IMG/VR virus record: IMGVR_UViG_3300032296_001209
Coordinates: 33,354 to 97,353 of that record
Direction: 5' to 3' (one strand)
Length of the DNA stretch: 64,000 nucleotides
From: a virus
Part shown: one piece after another, positions 21,187-30,379 of the stretch
How the letters are laid out: the number at the start of each line of letters is the position of its first letter
Position numbering within the stretch: the stretch's first letter is position 1
Notes under the pieces: model-generated
Told to the model about the DNA's origin: nothing
The model's database searches: none
The model's input: only the letters and a program-made list of their open reading frames with translations
Position numbers and translations under genes: made by a program

Positions 21187-21194
21187 TATAATTA

Positions 21195-23762
21195 TTATTC
21201 AGTAATCTGATCAAACCTACTAAGGAGATTATTAAAGTATATAGAATTCATATTATCCTGAATAAAAGGATCTATTCTTCCAGTTGCTGAATTAAATGCT
21301 GTTCCTGATGCAGAAATACTACCGTCATTATTCTGAGTAAATGTAATATCAATATTACTAATAGGATTCTTATATCTATAAGAACCACTGTTATTTAAAA
21401 TCATTTGCCTATCAGATGTCTCTAATCTAGTAGCAATAGGATTTGTAACTATCTCTCTTGGAATAACTGCTGTAATACCTCTAGCAATAATTTTATTATA
21501 TTGATCTACGCTAATAATACCAGATTCTTTTAAAGCTTTTAATTCTTTATCAGCAGAGCTAGGTCTTACAGTTAATGAATGATAACTATTATTACCTAAA
21601 GCTCTTCCTGCATAATCATATGCAATAGCTGTTTTATCTACAGCCATCTTAGAACGCAAGTTATTAAAGTAAGCTTTCAATGCAGGTAATGATTCCATAT
21701 CTGCAAATATGCCTTGACTCTGTTCTGTAATATCAGCAGCGTTACCAGCTCCTACTTTAACTATTGGATTATTTACATCATTCATAACACCAATAAATCC
21801 AATGGTGGTTGGTGACATAAACTTCTTAGGATCTGCAACACCGGTTACATAGTTAGAAATATACTGACCATCTCCTCCTGCACCTACAGGTCTGTACCCT
21901 GCTTTATTCTGAGCTAGATTTACATATTTAGCTTTATACTCTTCAGAAACATCCGCATAGTTCTCAGCAAAATTTTCAAATGACATAGGATAACCAGAAC
22001 TAGTTAATACTTTATATGCAGAATTAACATCTCTTAATGATCCTTCTTTGCTAAACATAGCTCCTAAAATATTTGGATTAAACTCATTGCTAGCAATCAT
22101 ATTACTAACTACTACTTTATTATTACTCGCTACTACAGAAGAATTAGTATAAGCTAATTGCTTTCTATCATTTACAGCAATTAATAAAGGCGCCATTTTA
22201 TTACTCAAGTTAGGATCAGCAGCTAACATATTCTCTATTCTTTGCTGAATCTTATTAAGTCCACTCAAACCAATTTTACCTTGTTTAAGTGCAGTCATAT
22301 TAAATCCAGCACCAGATACTGCAGACTCAATAGCACTCTGTAACTTAGGATCATTAGTATTATAAATACTTTGTGCTAGTGCAGAAACACTTTTTGAGTA
22401 TTGTTGCCAGCTAGTATTAAACTCTTGTCTATCTGCAGCAAGTGGATCACCAGAAACACCAGCTTGATAGCTTGTAGAACCTGCCATAAATTGATCTTGT
22501 GCACCGGCTGCCATTGCCATCTTCTCTCTTTCAAAATCTTGTCTAATCTTTTCTTTCTTTGTCCAAGTAGAAAACTCTAAACTATTTTTAAATGCTTCAA
22601 GTCTATAAGGATCAGCCTCTCTTTTAACAGAGTAATTTTTATAGGCTTCTGTTTCAGAAGCTTTAGCTAATTGATCAGAAATAAAACTTGTAGCTTTAGA
22701 AGCTTGAAAAGCTCTACCTAATAAATCTACATCTTGTGTTTCAACAGCTGTAGTAATCTGTTTGATTCTATCTTCTAGATTAGTAACTATTTGATCACCA
22801 GTAGCTTTTTCTTTTGCTAATGCCTGATACTGCGCTTGCTCTTTTTGAGAGAGTCTATCACCCCTATTTATTCTAGACTCATATACGCTTAACTTACTAG
22901 ATGTTTCAGATACACTTTCTTTAATATCTTCTAATCTAGACATATCATTTTCTAAAGCTACGTCAGCATTATTAATATAATACTCTTGCTTAGCAGCATT
23001 AATATCACCGTTATATTTTTGATTTGCTAATGCAGTTATATCATTCATTGATCTAACATATGCATCTTCCTGAGCATAAGCTCTAACGTTAGGATCAGCT
23101 CCTAATGCCATACTTAAATACTGCCTGATTACATTTATAGACTTTGGCCCACCAGTAGTAGTAATATTATATCCACCTTTTAGTTCTTCAACAGATATGT
23201 TTTTAAAATCATCACCAATTAATTCATGAGCCATCTTTGCAATATTTACAGCTGGCACATACTTAGGTAAAGGCATTTTATATGCTTTATCTTGAGGTGC
23301 TGTTCTAAATTCCATCTGTTTATACTCTAGCGCTTGTACTCCAACTGGAGACCATTTGGCTTGTGTTTCTTCATCACCGGCAATCCTATATGCTTCTGCT
23401 TCAGTTTCACCTTGCCTTTTAGCTTTAGTAAACATGATATCATACTGCATCTTCTTGTCATCTACAAAAGGTTGAAATACCTGTTGTGCTAATTGTACAT
23501 TAGCTGGATCTGAAAGATCTAAAGATGTAATTTGTTGAATAGCTTTCTCAGAGTTCTTCAAGAAGTTATCTCTTGCTTCTCTATTATCATCTCTTGTAAG
23601 ATCAGCATATACAATACTACCATATGCACCACTTAATTTATTAAGTGCGCTATCATACCTAGCCTGTCTTGTTGCTAAAACCGTATTAAGAAAATCAAAA
23701 TTGGGTTTATAAGGCTCAGCCTTTGGTATATAATCGGTAAGACCTTGAATGTAACTAGCCAT
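21195..23762 (-). CDS. Virion-ejected (core) protein
   Basis: 855 aa, Cys-free, coiled-coil. N-terminus YKPNFDFLNTVL..RQARYD and position are typical of crAss-like ejection proteins. Confidence 0.55.
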   Translation of the reverse strand: MASYIQGLTDYIPKAEPYKPNFDFLNTVLATRQARYDSALNKLSGAYGSIVYADLTRDDNREARDNFLKNSEKAIQQITSLDLSDPANVQLAQQVFQPFVDDKKMQYDIMFTKAKRQGETEAEAYRIAGDEETQAKWSPVGVQALEYKQMEFRTAPQDKAYKMPLPKYVPAVNIAKMAHELIGDDFKNISVEELKGGYNITTTGGPKSINVIRQYLSMALGADPNVRAYAQEDAYVRSMNDITALANQKYNGDINAAKQEYYINNADVALENDMSRLEDIKESVSETSSKLSVYESRINRGDRLSQKEQAQYQALAKEKATGDQIVTNLEDRIKQITTAVETQDVDLLGRAFQASKATSFISDQLAKASETEAYKNYSVKREADPYRLEAFKNSLEFSTWTKKEKIRQDFEREKMAMAAGAQDQFMAGSTSYQAGVSGDPLAADRQEFNTSWQQYSKSVSALAQSIYNTNDPKLQSAIESAVSGAGFNMTALKQGKIGLSGLNKIQQRIENMLAADPNLSNKMAPLLIAVNDRKQLAYTNSSVVASNNKVVVSNMIASNEFNPNILGAMFSKEGSLRDVNSAYKVLTSSGYPMSFENFAENYADVSEEYKAKYVNLAQNKAGYRPVGAGGDGQYISNYVTGVADPKKFMSPTTIGFIGVMNDVNNPIVKVGAGNAADITEQSQGIFADMESLPALKAYFNNLRSKMAVDKTAIAYDYAGRALGNNSYHSLTVRPSSADKELKALKESGIISVDQYNKIIARGITAVIPREIVTNPIATRLETSDRQMILNNSGSYRYKNPISNIDITFTQNNDGSISASGTAFNSATGRIDPFIQDNMNSIYFNNLLSRFDQITE

Positions 23763-23765
23763 TAT

Positions 23766-23790
23766 CTATATTATAAATATAACAAATATA
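23766..23790 (-). promoter_or_regulatory. Putative promoter
   Basis: Minus strand TATATTTGTTATATTTATAATATAG (TAnnTTTG plus TATATT core). Confidence 0.4.
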
Positions 23791-23816
23791 AAGTTAAACT
23801 ATTAAACCTCTAATAT

Positions 23817-26800
23817 TTAAGAGCCCTTAGTTTTCCTTCTGTTAGACATTGCAGATTGTGCTGCTAAAATATTACCACGCTCATCTACATCTATATCTCC
23901 GAATATACTTTTAACCATAGCAGCCTGAACTGTAGGATTCTTAGTATCAATTCCCATTTCAGTTAAGTATTTTGCTAAATCTTTACCCTTTTGTCCAGGT
24001 GGAAGTTTTTGAGCTGGTGTATAATAAGTTTTAAGAGCAGCAGGATCAACAAAGAAATTAGGATATAAACTGTTCATTTGATCTGTTATAAATCTATTTT
24101 CTAATGCAGCATTTACATAATCAACAGCCTCTCTTCTACCAGCTCTTCTAGCATTATCATATTGCTGATTAGTAGCAACAGTCTTATCATAGAAGTCATT
24201 AGCAGCTAATTGATTTCTAAAGTTAGCTTCATTGATTAATTGCTTATTAGCTTGCTCAAACTGATTAGCTACACCAACATTTAAGTTATTATATCTACCT
24301 AAGATATTAGCAGCATTAGCTAAACCTTTACCTTGTACTTCAGAGAACCTTGTATTGAAAGCTTGTGGTCCAGTAAACTGAGCCAAGTTTGCACCAGCAA
24401 TATTAGCCATCTCAGCATTTGCTGCTAACTCTCTATTAGGATCATAGAATGTAGGCTCCATAGGCTCTGCAGTAAACTGTGCCATTCTAGGATAGTATCT
24501 ATTGATACTAGCTAAGTCACCAACAGCAGCTGCAGTATTTAATACATCTTGAGGATAGAAACCAATAGGTGGTCTTTTTGGAACCGGTGGAGGATTTAAT
24601 TGTCCTGGCTCAAGAGGATCTCTTGGGGTATTTGGAGTATTTGGAGTCTCTGGAGTTTCATCATCAAAATAGTTTGGAACAGAATAAGTTACTCTACCAA
24701 ATTTTACATCTCTTTGATAAGGATCTTTACTATTAGGATCTTTTGGTTTAAAGTAAGCTTTACCTGTGGCTTTAATAGATTTTTCATTAACCTTATCTTG
24801 GAACCATCCTGCAGCTTTATTACCAACAGTTTCTAAATTTTTTAATCTATCTGGATCATTGTCTACAGTTTCTAAATCTTGTTTAAATTTATTAAATCCT
24901 CCTGGATATTCTTTTTCAATCCAATCACCATGTCTGTCTTGAAAATCTTTCCACTCTGCAGAACTTAAAGTTCCTTCAGTTCTAGCTGAAGCTTCAGCAC
25001 TTGGTAAATAAATACCTGTATTTTTTACACGAGGTTGATTAGCAAACTGTCCTGCAGGAATTCTGGTATAGATAACTTTATTACCTTTTCTAACTCTCTC
25101 ATCAATTGCAGTTCCAATTTCTGGAGAACCATATTGTGTAAACTTTGTATCTTCTGCGGTTCTGACTTTTCTAGTTCCTGGTATTTCATTACCTGCCTCA
25201 TCAACAAGATATTTCTGATCACCTTCATAATACAAATAAGCTTTCTTTCCTGTTGTTTTACTAGTTCTTTCTTCAATAAAAACTTTAGCATATGGATTTG
25301 GCTTTGCTACTTCTTGAGGAGTTTCTCCTGCAGTTTGATACTGTGGAATATTACCACCATATTCATAATCGCCCCATTCTGAACTTACAGGATCTGTACT
25401 GGGTTTAGCTACATTAACTTTAGGCTTTGGTGTTTGAGCAGCAGGTTTAACTTTTTGTGTTACAACCGGTTGTTTAACTGGTGCTGGGGCAATGGTATCT
25501 ACTTGTTGTTTAGCAAACGGTTGATTAAGAGTATTTAAAAACTCTTGTCTTCCTTTATCTACTCTTTCAATGTAAGATGGAATACCACTAGATTTAATAA
25601 CTAAATCAATTGCAGCTTCTGGATTATTAAATGTATAATCTTGAAATCTCTGAGGAGACATATTTTGTGAAGATACGCTATATGGTGCAGCTTGCATATT
25701 AGCTGTAGGTTTAACTTGCCATCTACCATCTTTATATTCTATATCCTGAGCTGTATATGGTGTTGTTCTATTAACTGGAACATTTGGTGTTGCTCTCTGA
25801 GTAATTCCAGTATTTGGATTACCAGCGTAGTAATTTCTTTTTAATTTTTCAAACTCTGCCATACCATCCATTCTACTAATACCATTTTGAGCTTTAGGAA
25901 TACCACCATACATAGCCATTGCCATACCTTCTTCAGGAGATGGTGGTAAGAACTGTGCTGGATCTAATCCTACTTTATCCATATATGGTACAGCAATTTG
26001 TGGAACACCTTGAGGAAATCCTTTCTGTGATTCTTGTACAAGAGCTAACTTACCTAAGTTAGAGATATAGTTATCAGCCATCATAACAGCTGTCTTTTTA
26101 CGTAAGGGATCGGTCTCAGAATATAAGCCTTCACGCAACTCTTTATTATTAAGATCAAACTTCTTAGAAATTTTAGCTGGAGTATAACCACCTTTCTTAG
26201 CAGCAAACCCAAAAGATTCTAATATAGCGGGATCTTTAATCTTCATAGCCTTTGTATCTGAATAAATAAAACTATCTGGAGTAGCTTTATCTCCAGCTAA
26301 TGGAGTACCACCTTCTGAGTGACGCTTACCACCAATCTTAAAGAACTCAGGAATTGTACTATTAGTACCTTTACGTACTAGAGTCTCTCCCTTCTCTGCT
26401 TCTAATACAGAGATAGATCTAGGATCCGGTCCTAATGTCTGACCATATTGTTCTTGTGGTTCACCTTCAGTAGCACCATTAAACATGTTCATCATGTAAG
26501 CTGAGTTACCATATAACTGATTAACAGCTTTAGCATCTTGAGTACCACCATATCCAGCTTGTGGTAAACTTGTAATTTTTACTTTTCTTTTCATTTCTCC
26601 ACCCATTTGGGCCTCTTTATTATAACCTTTAATTATAGCTTCATCCGGTCTAAAGTCTAAACCAAAACCAGGAGTATTAGTTAAGTAATCTCCTCTATTA
26701 CCAGAGTAATCTTCCGGTCTAACATTATATAAGTTATCAGCTAAAAACTGATCTCTAAAATCTTCTTCAGTACTTCTATCTTGAATCTTTCTAGCAACAG

Positions 26801-27440
26801 AACTAAATATATCTGTACCAGCTAATAACATAGGACCCACATAAGGATTACCTTTTTGATTAGGTTTTTTTGTTTTAATATCGCCAAATGGTTCTAAGCC
26901 CATTAACTTCCTAGTATCTTCAGGAATCTGATCAGTATAAGATTTTCTAATAGCATCCTTTGTACTAAGAATGCCAGACTCTAATTTAGTATTTCTAGGA
27001 TATAAGCTTAAAGAACGTCCTCCCATAGATGTAGGCAACTTACTATAATCAATAGGAGTTGTATTTTCAAAAAATAAAGGTTCTCCAACACTAGTTTTTG
27101 GTGCAAAAGATGAAGGGCGTAGACCTTGAATGCTTGGCATACCTACATTAAAAGATCCTGTAGTATTAGGATCTCCTTGATATACATCAGCATAAAATGA
27201 AGGATTAGTATTTAAATTAAACGCAGGCATTCCTACATTAAAGTTACCACTAGTATTATTAATACCAGAATAAACATCTGCAGAAATTGCTCCAGAGGTT
27301 GGTGCACTTCCAAAAGACGGATAGGGATTATTTTTTTGCCAGGTGGCTAAATAATCTGGACGTAGCACATTAGGTGCAGGTAAGTTATTAAATCCGTATT
27401 GAGCTTTAGGTAAGCTCTTAACCCTTACTTTCTTTTTCAT
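23817..27440 (-). CDS. Modular virion cargo protein
   Basis: 1207 aa, Cys-free, low-complexity linkers. EAEKGE...GGKRHSEGGTPL...FIYSD block; duplicated KKVxxxSLPxAxYG leader; Asn/Ala-rich coiled-coil C-terminus. Confidence 0.6.
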   Translation of the reverse strand: MKKKVRVKSLPKAQYGFNNLPAPNVLRPDYLATWQKNNPYPSFGSAPTSGAISADVYSGINNTSGNFNVGMPAFNLNTNPSFYADVYQGDPNTTGSFNVGMPSIQGLRPSSFAPKTSVGEPLFFENTTPIDYSKLPTSMGGRSLSLYPRNTKLESGILSTKDAIRKSYTDQIPEDTRKLMGLEPFGDIKTKKPNQKGNPYVGPMLLAGTDIFSSVARKIQDRSTEEDFRDQFLADNLYNVRPEDYSGNRGDYLTNTPGFGLDFRPDEAIIKGYNKEAQMGGEMKRKVKITSLPQAGYGGTQDAKAVNQLYGNSAYMMNMFNGATEGEPQEQYGQTLGPDPRSISVLEAEKGETLVRKGTNSTIPEFFKIGGKRHSEGGTPLAGDKATPDSFIYSDTKAMKIKDPAILESFGFAAKKGGYTPAKISKKFDLNNKELREGLYSETDPLRKKTAVMMADNYISNLGKLALVQESQKGFPQGVPQIAVPYMDKVGLDPAQFLPPSPEEGMAMAMYGGIPKAQNGISRMDGMAEFEKLKRNYYAGNPNTGITQRATPNVPVNRTTPYTAQDIEYKDGRWQVKPTANMQAAPYSVSSQNMSPQRFQDYTFNNPEAAIDLVIKSSGIPSYIERVDKGRQEFLNTLNQPFAKQQVDTIAPAPVKQPVVTQKVKPAAQTPKPKVNVAKPSTDPVSSEWGDYEYGGNIPQYQTAGETPQEVAKPNPYAKVFIEERTSKTTGKKAYLYYEGDQKYLVDEAGNEIPGTRKVRTAEDTKFTQYGSPEIGTAIDERVRKGNKVIYTRIPAGQFANQPRVKNTGIYLPSAEASARTEGTLSSAEWKDFQDRHGDWIEKEYPGGFNKFKQDLETVDNDPDRLKNLETVGNKAAGWFQDKVNEKSIKATGKAYFKPKDPNSKDPYQRDVKFGRVTYSVPNYFDDETPETPNTPNTPRDPLEPGQLNPPPVPKRPPIGFYPQDVLNTAAAVGDLASINRYYPRMAQFTAEPMEPTFYDPNRELAANAEMANIAGANLAQFTGPQAFNTRFSEVQGKGLANAANILGRYNNLNVGVANQFEQANKQLINEANFRNQLAANDFYDKTVATNQQYDNARRAGRREAVDYVNAALENRFITDQMNSLYPNFFVDPAALKTYYTPAQKLPPGQKGKDLAKYLTEMGIDTKNPTVQAAMVKSIFGDIDVDERGNILAAQSAMSNRRKTKGS

Positions 27441-27988
27441 GTCTTATTTTTTAATATACTATCACAAAAGAAATATAATTCATCTAAAGTTAAATCTGAT
27501 TTCATTTGATTTATAGCCATGCAAACAAATTGTATATTACCTTGGATATATCCTTTTTTACTATCAATTCTATCTATACTTAAGTTAGTTAAAATTCTAC
27601 CTTTATTACTTAAATATGTCATATCAATTTGAGATAAAGCACATTTACCTTCTTGCTTATTCCATATTTCTTTTAAATAATCTAAATCAATATTAACTTC
27701 TAACTTTAAACGATTCGCTCTATCTTTTAATCCTAAAAATCTTTTATTTAATAACTGTTCAAAAGTAGAATTATTATTACTTAATAATCTTTTTTTATAC
27801 TGTGAGTGCTTACAATCCTTACATCTTCTATCTTTACCATCTCTATAAAAAATATTACTCTCTTCAGAATTATTATCAAACAAATTAATATCTTTATAGT
27901 CTTTGCATTTATAACAATACAAATTCCCTAAATCATCTTTTTGTTTAAATTTAGTTCTGTGTCTTCTTTTTTTATCAGATGTATTCAA
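27437..27988 (-). mobile_element. Free-standing HNH-type homing endonuclease
   Basis: 183 aa; CxxC...CxxC zinc finger, then GKCALS...SIDRIDSKKGYIQGNIQFVC..IN..K. Very AT-rich; overlaps both neighbours. Confidence 0.8.
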
Positions 27989-30374
27989 CTTTGTATCCTT
28001 TATTAATTAAATCTTGTATTTCTTCATCAGATAATTCATATTCTTCACCCATAACATAACCACCATTCTGATAATTTCTTCCACCAAATACATGAGCAAA
28101 GTTAGCTCTTTTAACTTGTGTTGCACTATAGTCCTCTTTATTTGCAAGTACCTTTCTAGCAAACTCTTGCACACCCATACCGGCTCTATTAGCTGACTCA
28201 GTAAACTTACCTTTATTAGCAGGATTAATATTTATACCACCATAAGCCATTTGAGGAGATTGGCCTTGTTGTGCTTCTTGAATAGCCTGCATAATCTTTT
28301 GAATAGCTTCTTGTTGTTCTAAAGGTGGTAAAGATTGTAACTGTGCCATAAGTTGTTCAGGATCTGTTTGAGTCATTTGTGCATACATCTGAATAGCTTG
28401 CATAACTTCATCTTGTTGACCACCCTGTTGATATACTTTACCTCCACACTCATAACAAGGTTGACCACCTTTCATCATCTGGTACATAGCATCTATATCC
28501 ATTTCACCACCATACATGTCAGTATCACCACCATACATTCTTCTACCCATTTTACGGAGTTCTTTATTTGATGGAGTTTGACCAGTGCCTAGTCTTGGAT
28601 CATTAGAATTCATGAACTCTTGATAACCTCTTTGCTTACGACCAGCTCTAATTTCAGAGGCAATAATACCAGCGGCAGTTCCAATACCTAAACCAATACC
28701 AGCTATTGTATCATTACGTTTCTTTTTCTTAGCAGCAGCTTCTGCAGCGGCAGCTTTTTGTTCTTCTGTTAAAGCTGGACCACCTTCTTGAAATCTACGG
28801 GCTTGTTGATCAAATGCAGACTTCTGTAAATTAGTACCTTGATTTAATACTTTACCAGTATTAGGATCTACAGCTTGACTAAATGTAGTTGAACTAGAAA
28901 TAGTTCCTGGTGCAGAATTAAATATCATACGTCCTGTCTGATCTACAGCTGATTGAGGATTAGAGGACTGATAATAAGAATAAATGTCATTACGTGATGG
29001 TGCTTGTTTTACACCAGCTTTATTAAATTGCTGAAGCTGTTGATTATAATATTGTTCAAATCTAGGATCATTATCAATACCAGGAGACATAAATGTATTA
29101 ATAGGGGCAGAACCATAAGTTCCTCCTTCTGCCATATTAGATAATATCTTAGCTTGTACGTAAGGAGGTAATGCTTGGAATCCAGCATTAGTTGGTTGAC
29201 CACCTTTAGCATAACCATAGTCATCTAACTTATCTAAGTTACCAGCAGCGGCAAAACGAGCACGTGCAATTTCAGGAGGCATCATCTCACCACCATTAGC
29301 CCAAGTACCAAAACGTTTGTGCCAGTATAAAGGAGAGAATGGATCTGTAGCCTTAGCTGAGTTTTTACCACCCATTCTATTCCAGAAATTATCTTTACGT
29401 TTCTTAGAACCATGCTGGCTAAAGTCTTTCATACCAACATAACCACCATGTACAATTTTATACTTATCACCCTTCTTAGCTAATACCATCCATTTCTTAC
29501 CAGCTCTATCAGATTTTCTTTTAGCACCTACTTTACTAAAGCCTCTGTTCTTATAACGCTGAGGAATACCACCCATCTTCATCTCTTCCATCTCACCCAT
29601 GTTCATATCAATATCTTCTTCCTCTTCCTCTCCTTCTTCCTCTCCTTCTTCAGAACCTTCATTGAATTGAAGATAGTCAGCAACAGAAGAAATATAATCA
29701 TCAGCTAAAGTTAATTTACTAGCTACCCAAGGCTCAACCTCTGATTCACCATTAATAAAGTTTTGCAATCTAGCAATCTTATCATTCATAGCCATTATCT
29801 GACCCATTGCCATTTCACCACCTTCATCATAATAGTTATCACGCATCATCATACCTACACCACCCATCTGCATAGCTGGCATACCCATAACATTCATAGC
29901 TAACTTTGCCATCTGCATTTTATCTTCACCATTTCCTTCTGCATTATCCATAGCAGTTCCGGCAGCCATTGCACCATTAACCATAAAATCACCAATAGCA
30001 TTCGTAGGATTGTTAGCTCTATCCTCATTCATCTTATTATAATAAGAAGCCATGTTACCATCATAGTTAGGATATTGGAATATTTGTTGTTGCTCCATAC
30101 CACCACCGGTTTGAGCTTTTCTATATCCACCACCACGGTTCTTGTAAGTCTTCACAAGCCATGCAGAACCATAAGCTGAAGGCCAGGTATCAAATTTAGC
30201 TTTAGCCTCGGATTTAACACGAGAATATAATCCAGGATTAGTGGGTACATTACCACCTTTCTTCATCTCTCTGGCTTCAGGATAAGCTTGAAAGAATGCT
30301 TCTTCTGTAGGAAACATAGAATAGAATTCTTCCTCAGAATTAACACCAGCCATTTGTAAAAATTTATCTTTCAT
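27975..30374 (-). CDS. Polyprotein-like internal virion protein made of small modules separated by xxxGG motifs
   Basis: Likely start MKDKF at 30374. About 16 [MYFAW]-x-x-GG-like motifs. Modules include PSAYGSAWLVKTYK (DUF5872-like), KKWMV..KIVHGG..DFSQH..DPFSPLYW (DUF5754-like) and NKGKFT..KRANFA. Confidence 0.6.
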   Translation of the reverse strand: MKDKFLQMAGVNSEEEFYSMFPTEEAFFQAYPEAREMKKGGNVPTNPGLYSRVKSEAKAKFDTWPSAYGSAWLVKTYKNRGGGYRKAQTGGGMEQQQIFQYPNYDGNMASYYNKMNEDRANNPTNAIGDFMVNGAMAAGTAMDNAEGNGEDKMQMAKLAMNVMGMPAMQMGGVGMMMRDNYYDEGGEMAMGQIMAMNDKIARLQNFINGESEVEPWVASKLTLADDYISSVADYLQFNEGSEEGEEEGEEEEEDIDMNMGEMEEMKMGGIPQRYKNRGFSKVGAKRKSDRAGKKWMVLAKKGDKYKIVHGGYVGMKDFSQHGSKKRKDNFWNRMGGKNSAKATDPFSPLYWHKRFGTWANGGEMMPPEIARARFAAAGNLDKLDDYGYAKGGQPTNAGFQALPPYVQAKILSNMAEGGTYGSAPINTFMSPGIDNDPRFEQYYNQQLQQFNKAGVKQAPSRNDIYSYYQSSNPQSAVDQTGRMIFNSAPGTISSSTTFSQAVDPNTGKVLNQGTNLQKSAFDQQARRFQEGGPALTEEQKAAAAEAAAKKKKRNDTIAGIGLGIGTAAGIIASEIRAGRKQRGYQEFMNSNDPRLGTGQTPSNKELRKMGRRMYGGDTDMYGGEMDIDAMYQMMKGGQPCYECGGKVYQQGGQQDEVMQAIQMYAQMTQTDPEQLMAQLQSLPPLEQQEAIQKIMQAIQEAQQGQSPQMAYGGININPANKGKFTESANRAGMGVQEFARKVLANKEDYSATQVKRANFAHVFGGRNYQNGGYVMGEEYELSDEEIQDLINKGYKVEYI

Positions 30375-30379
30375 TTTAG

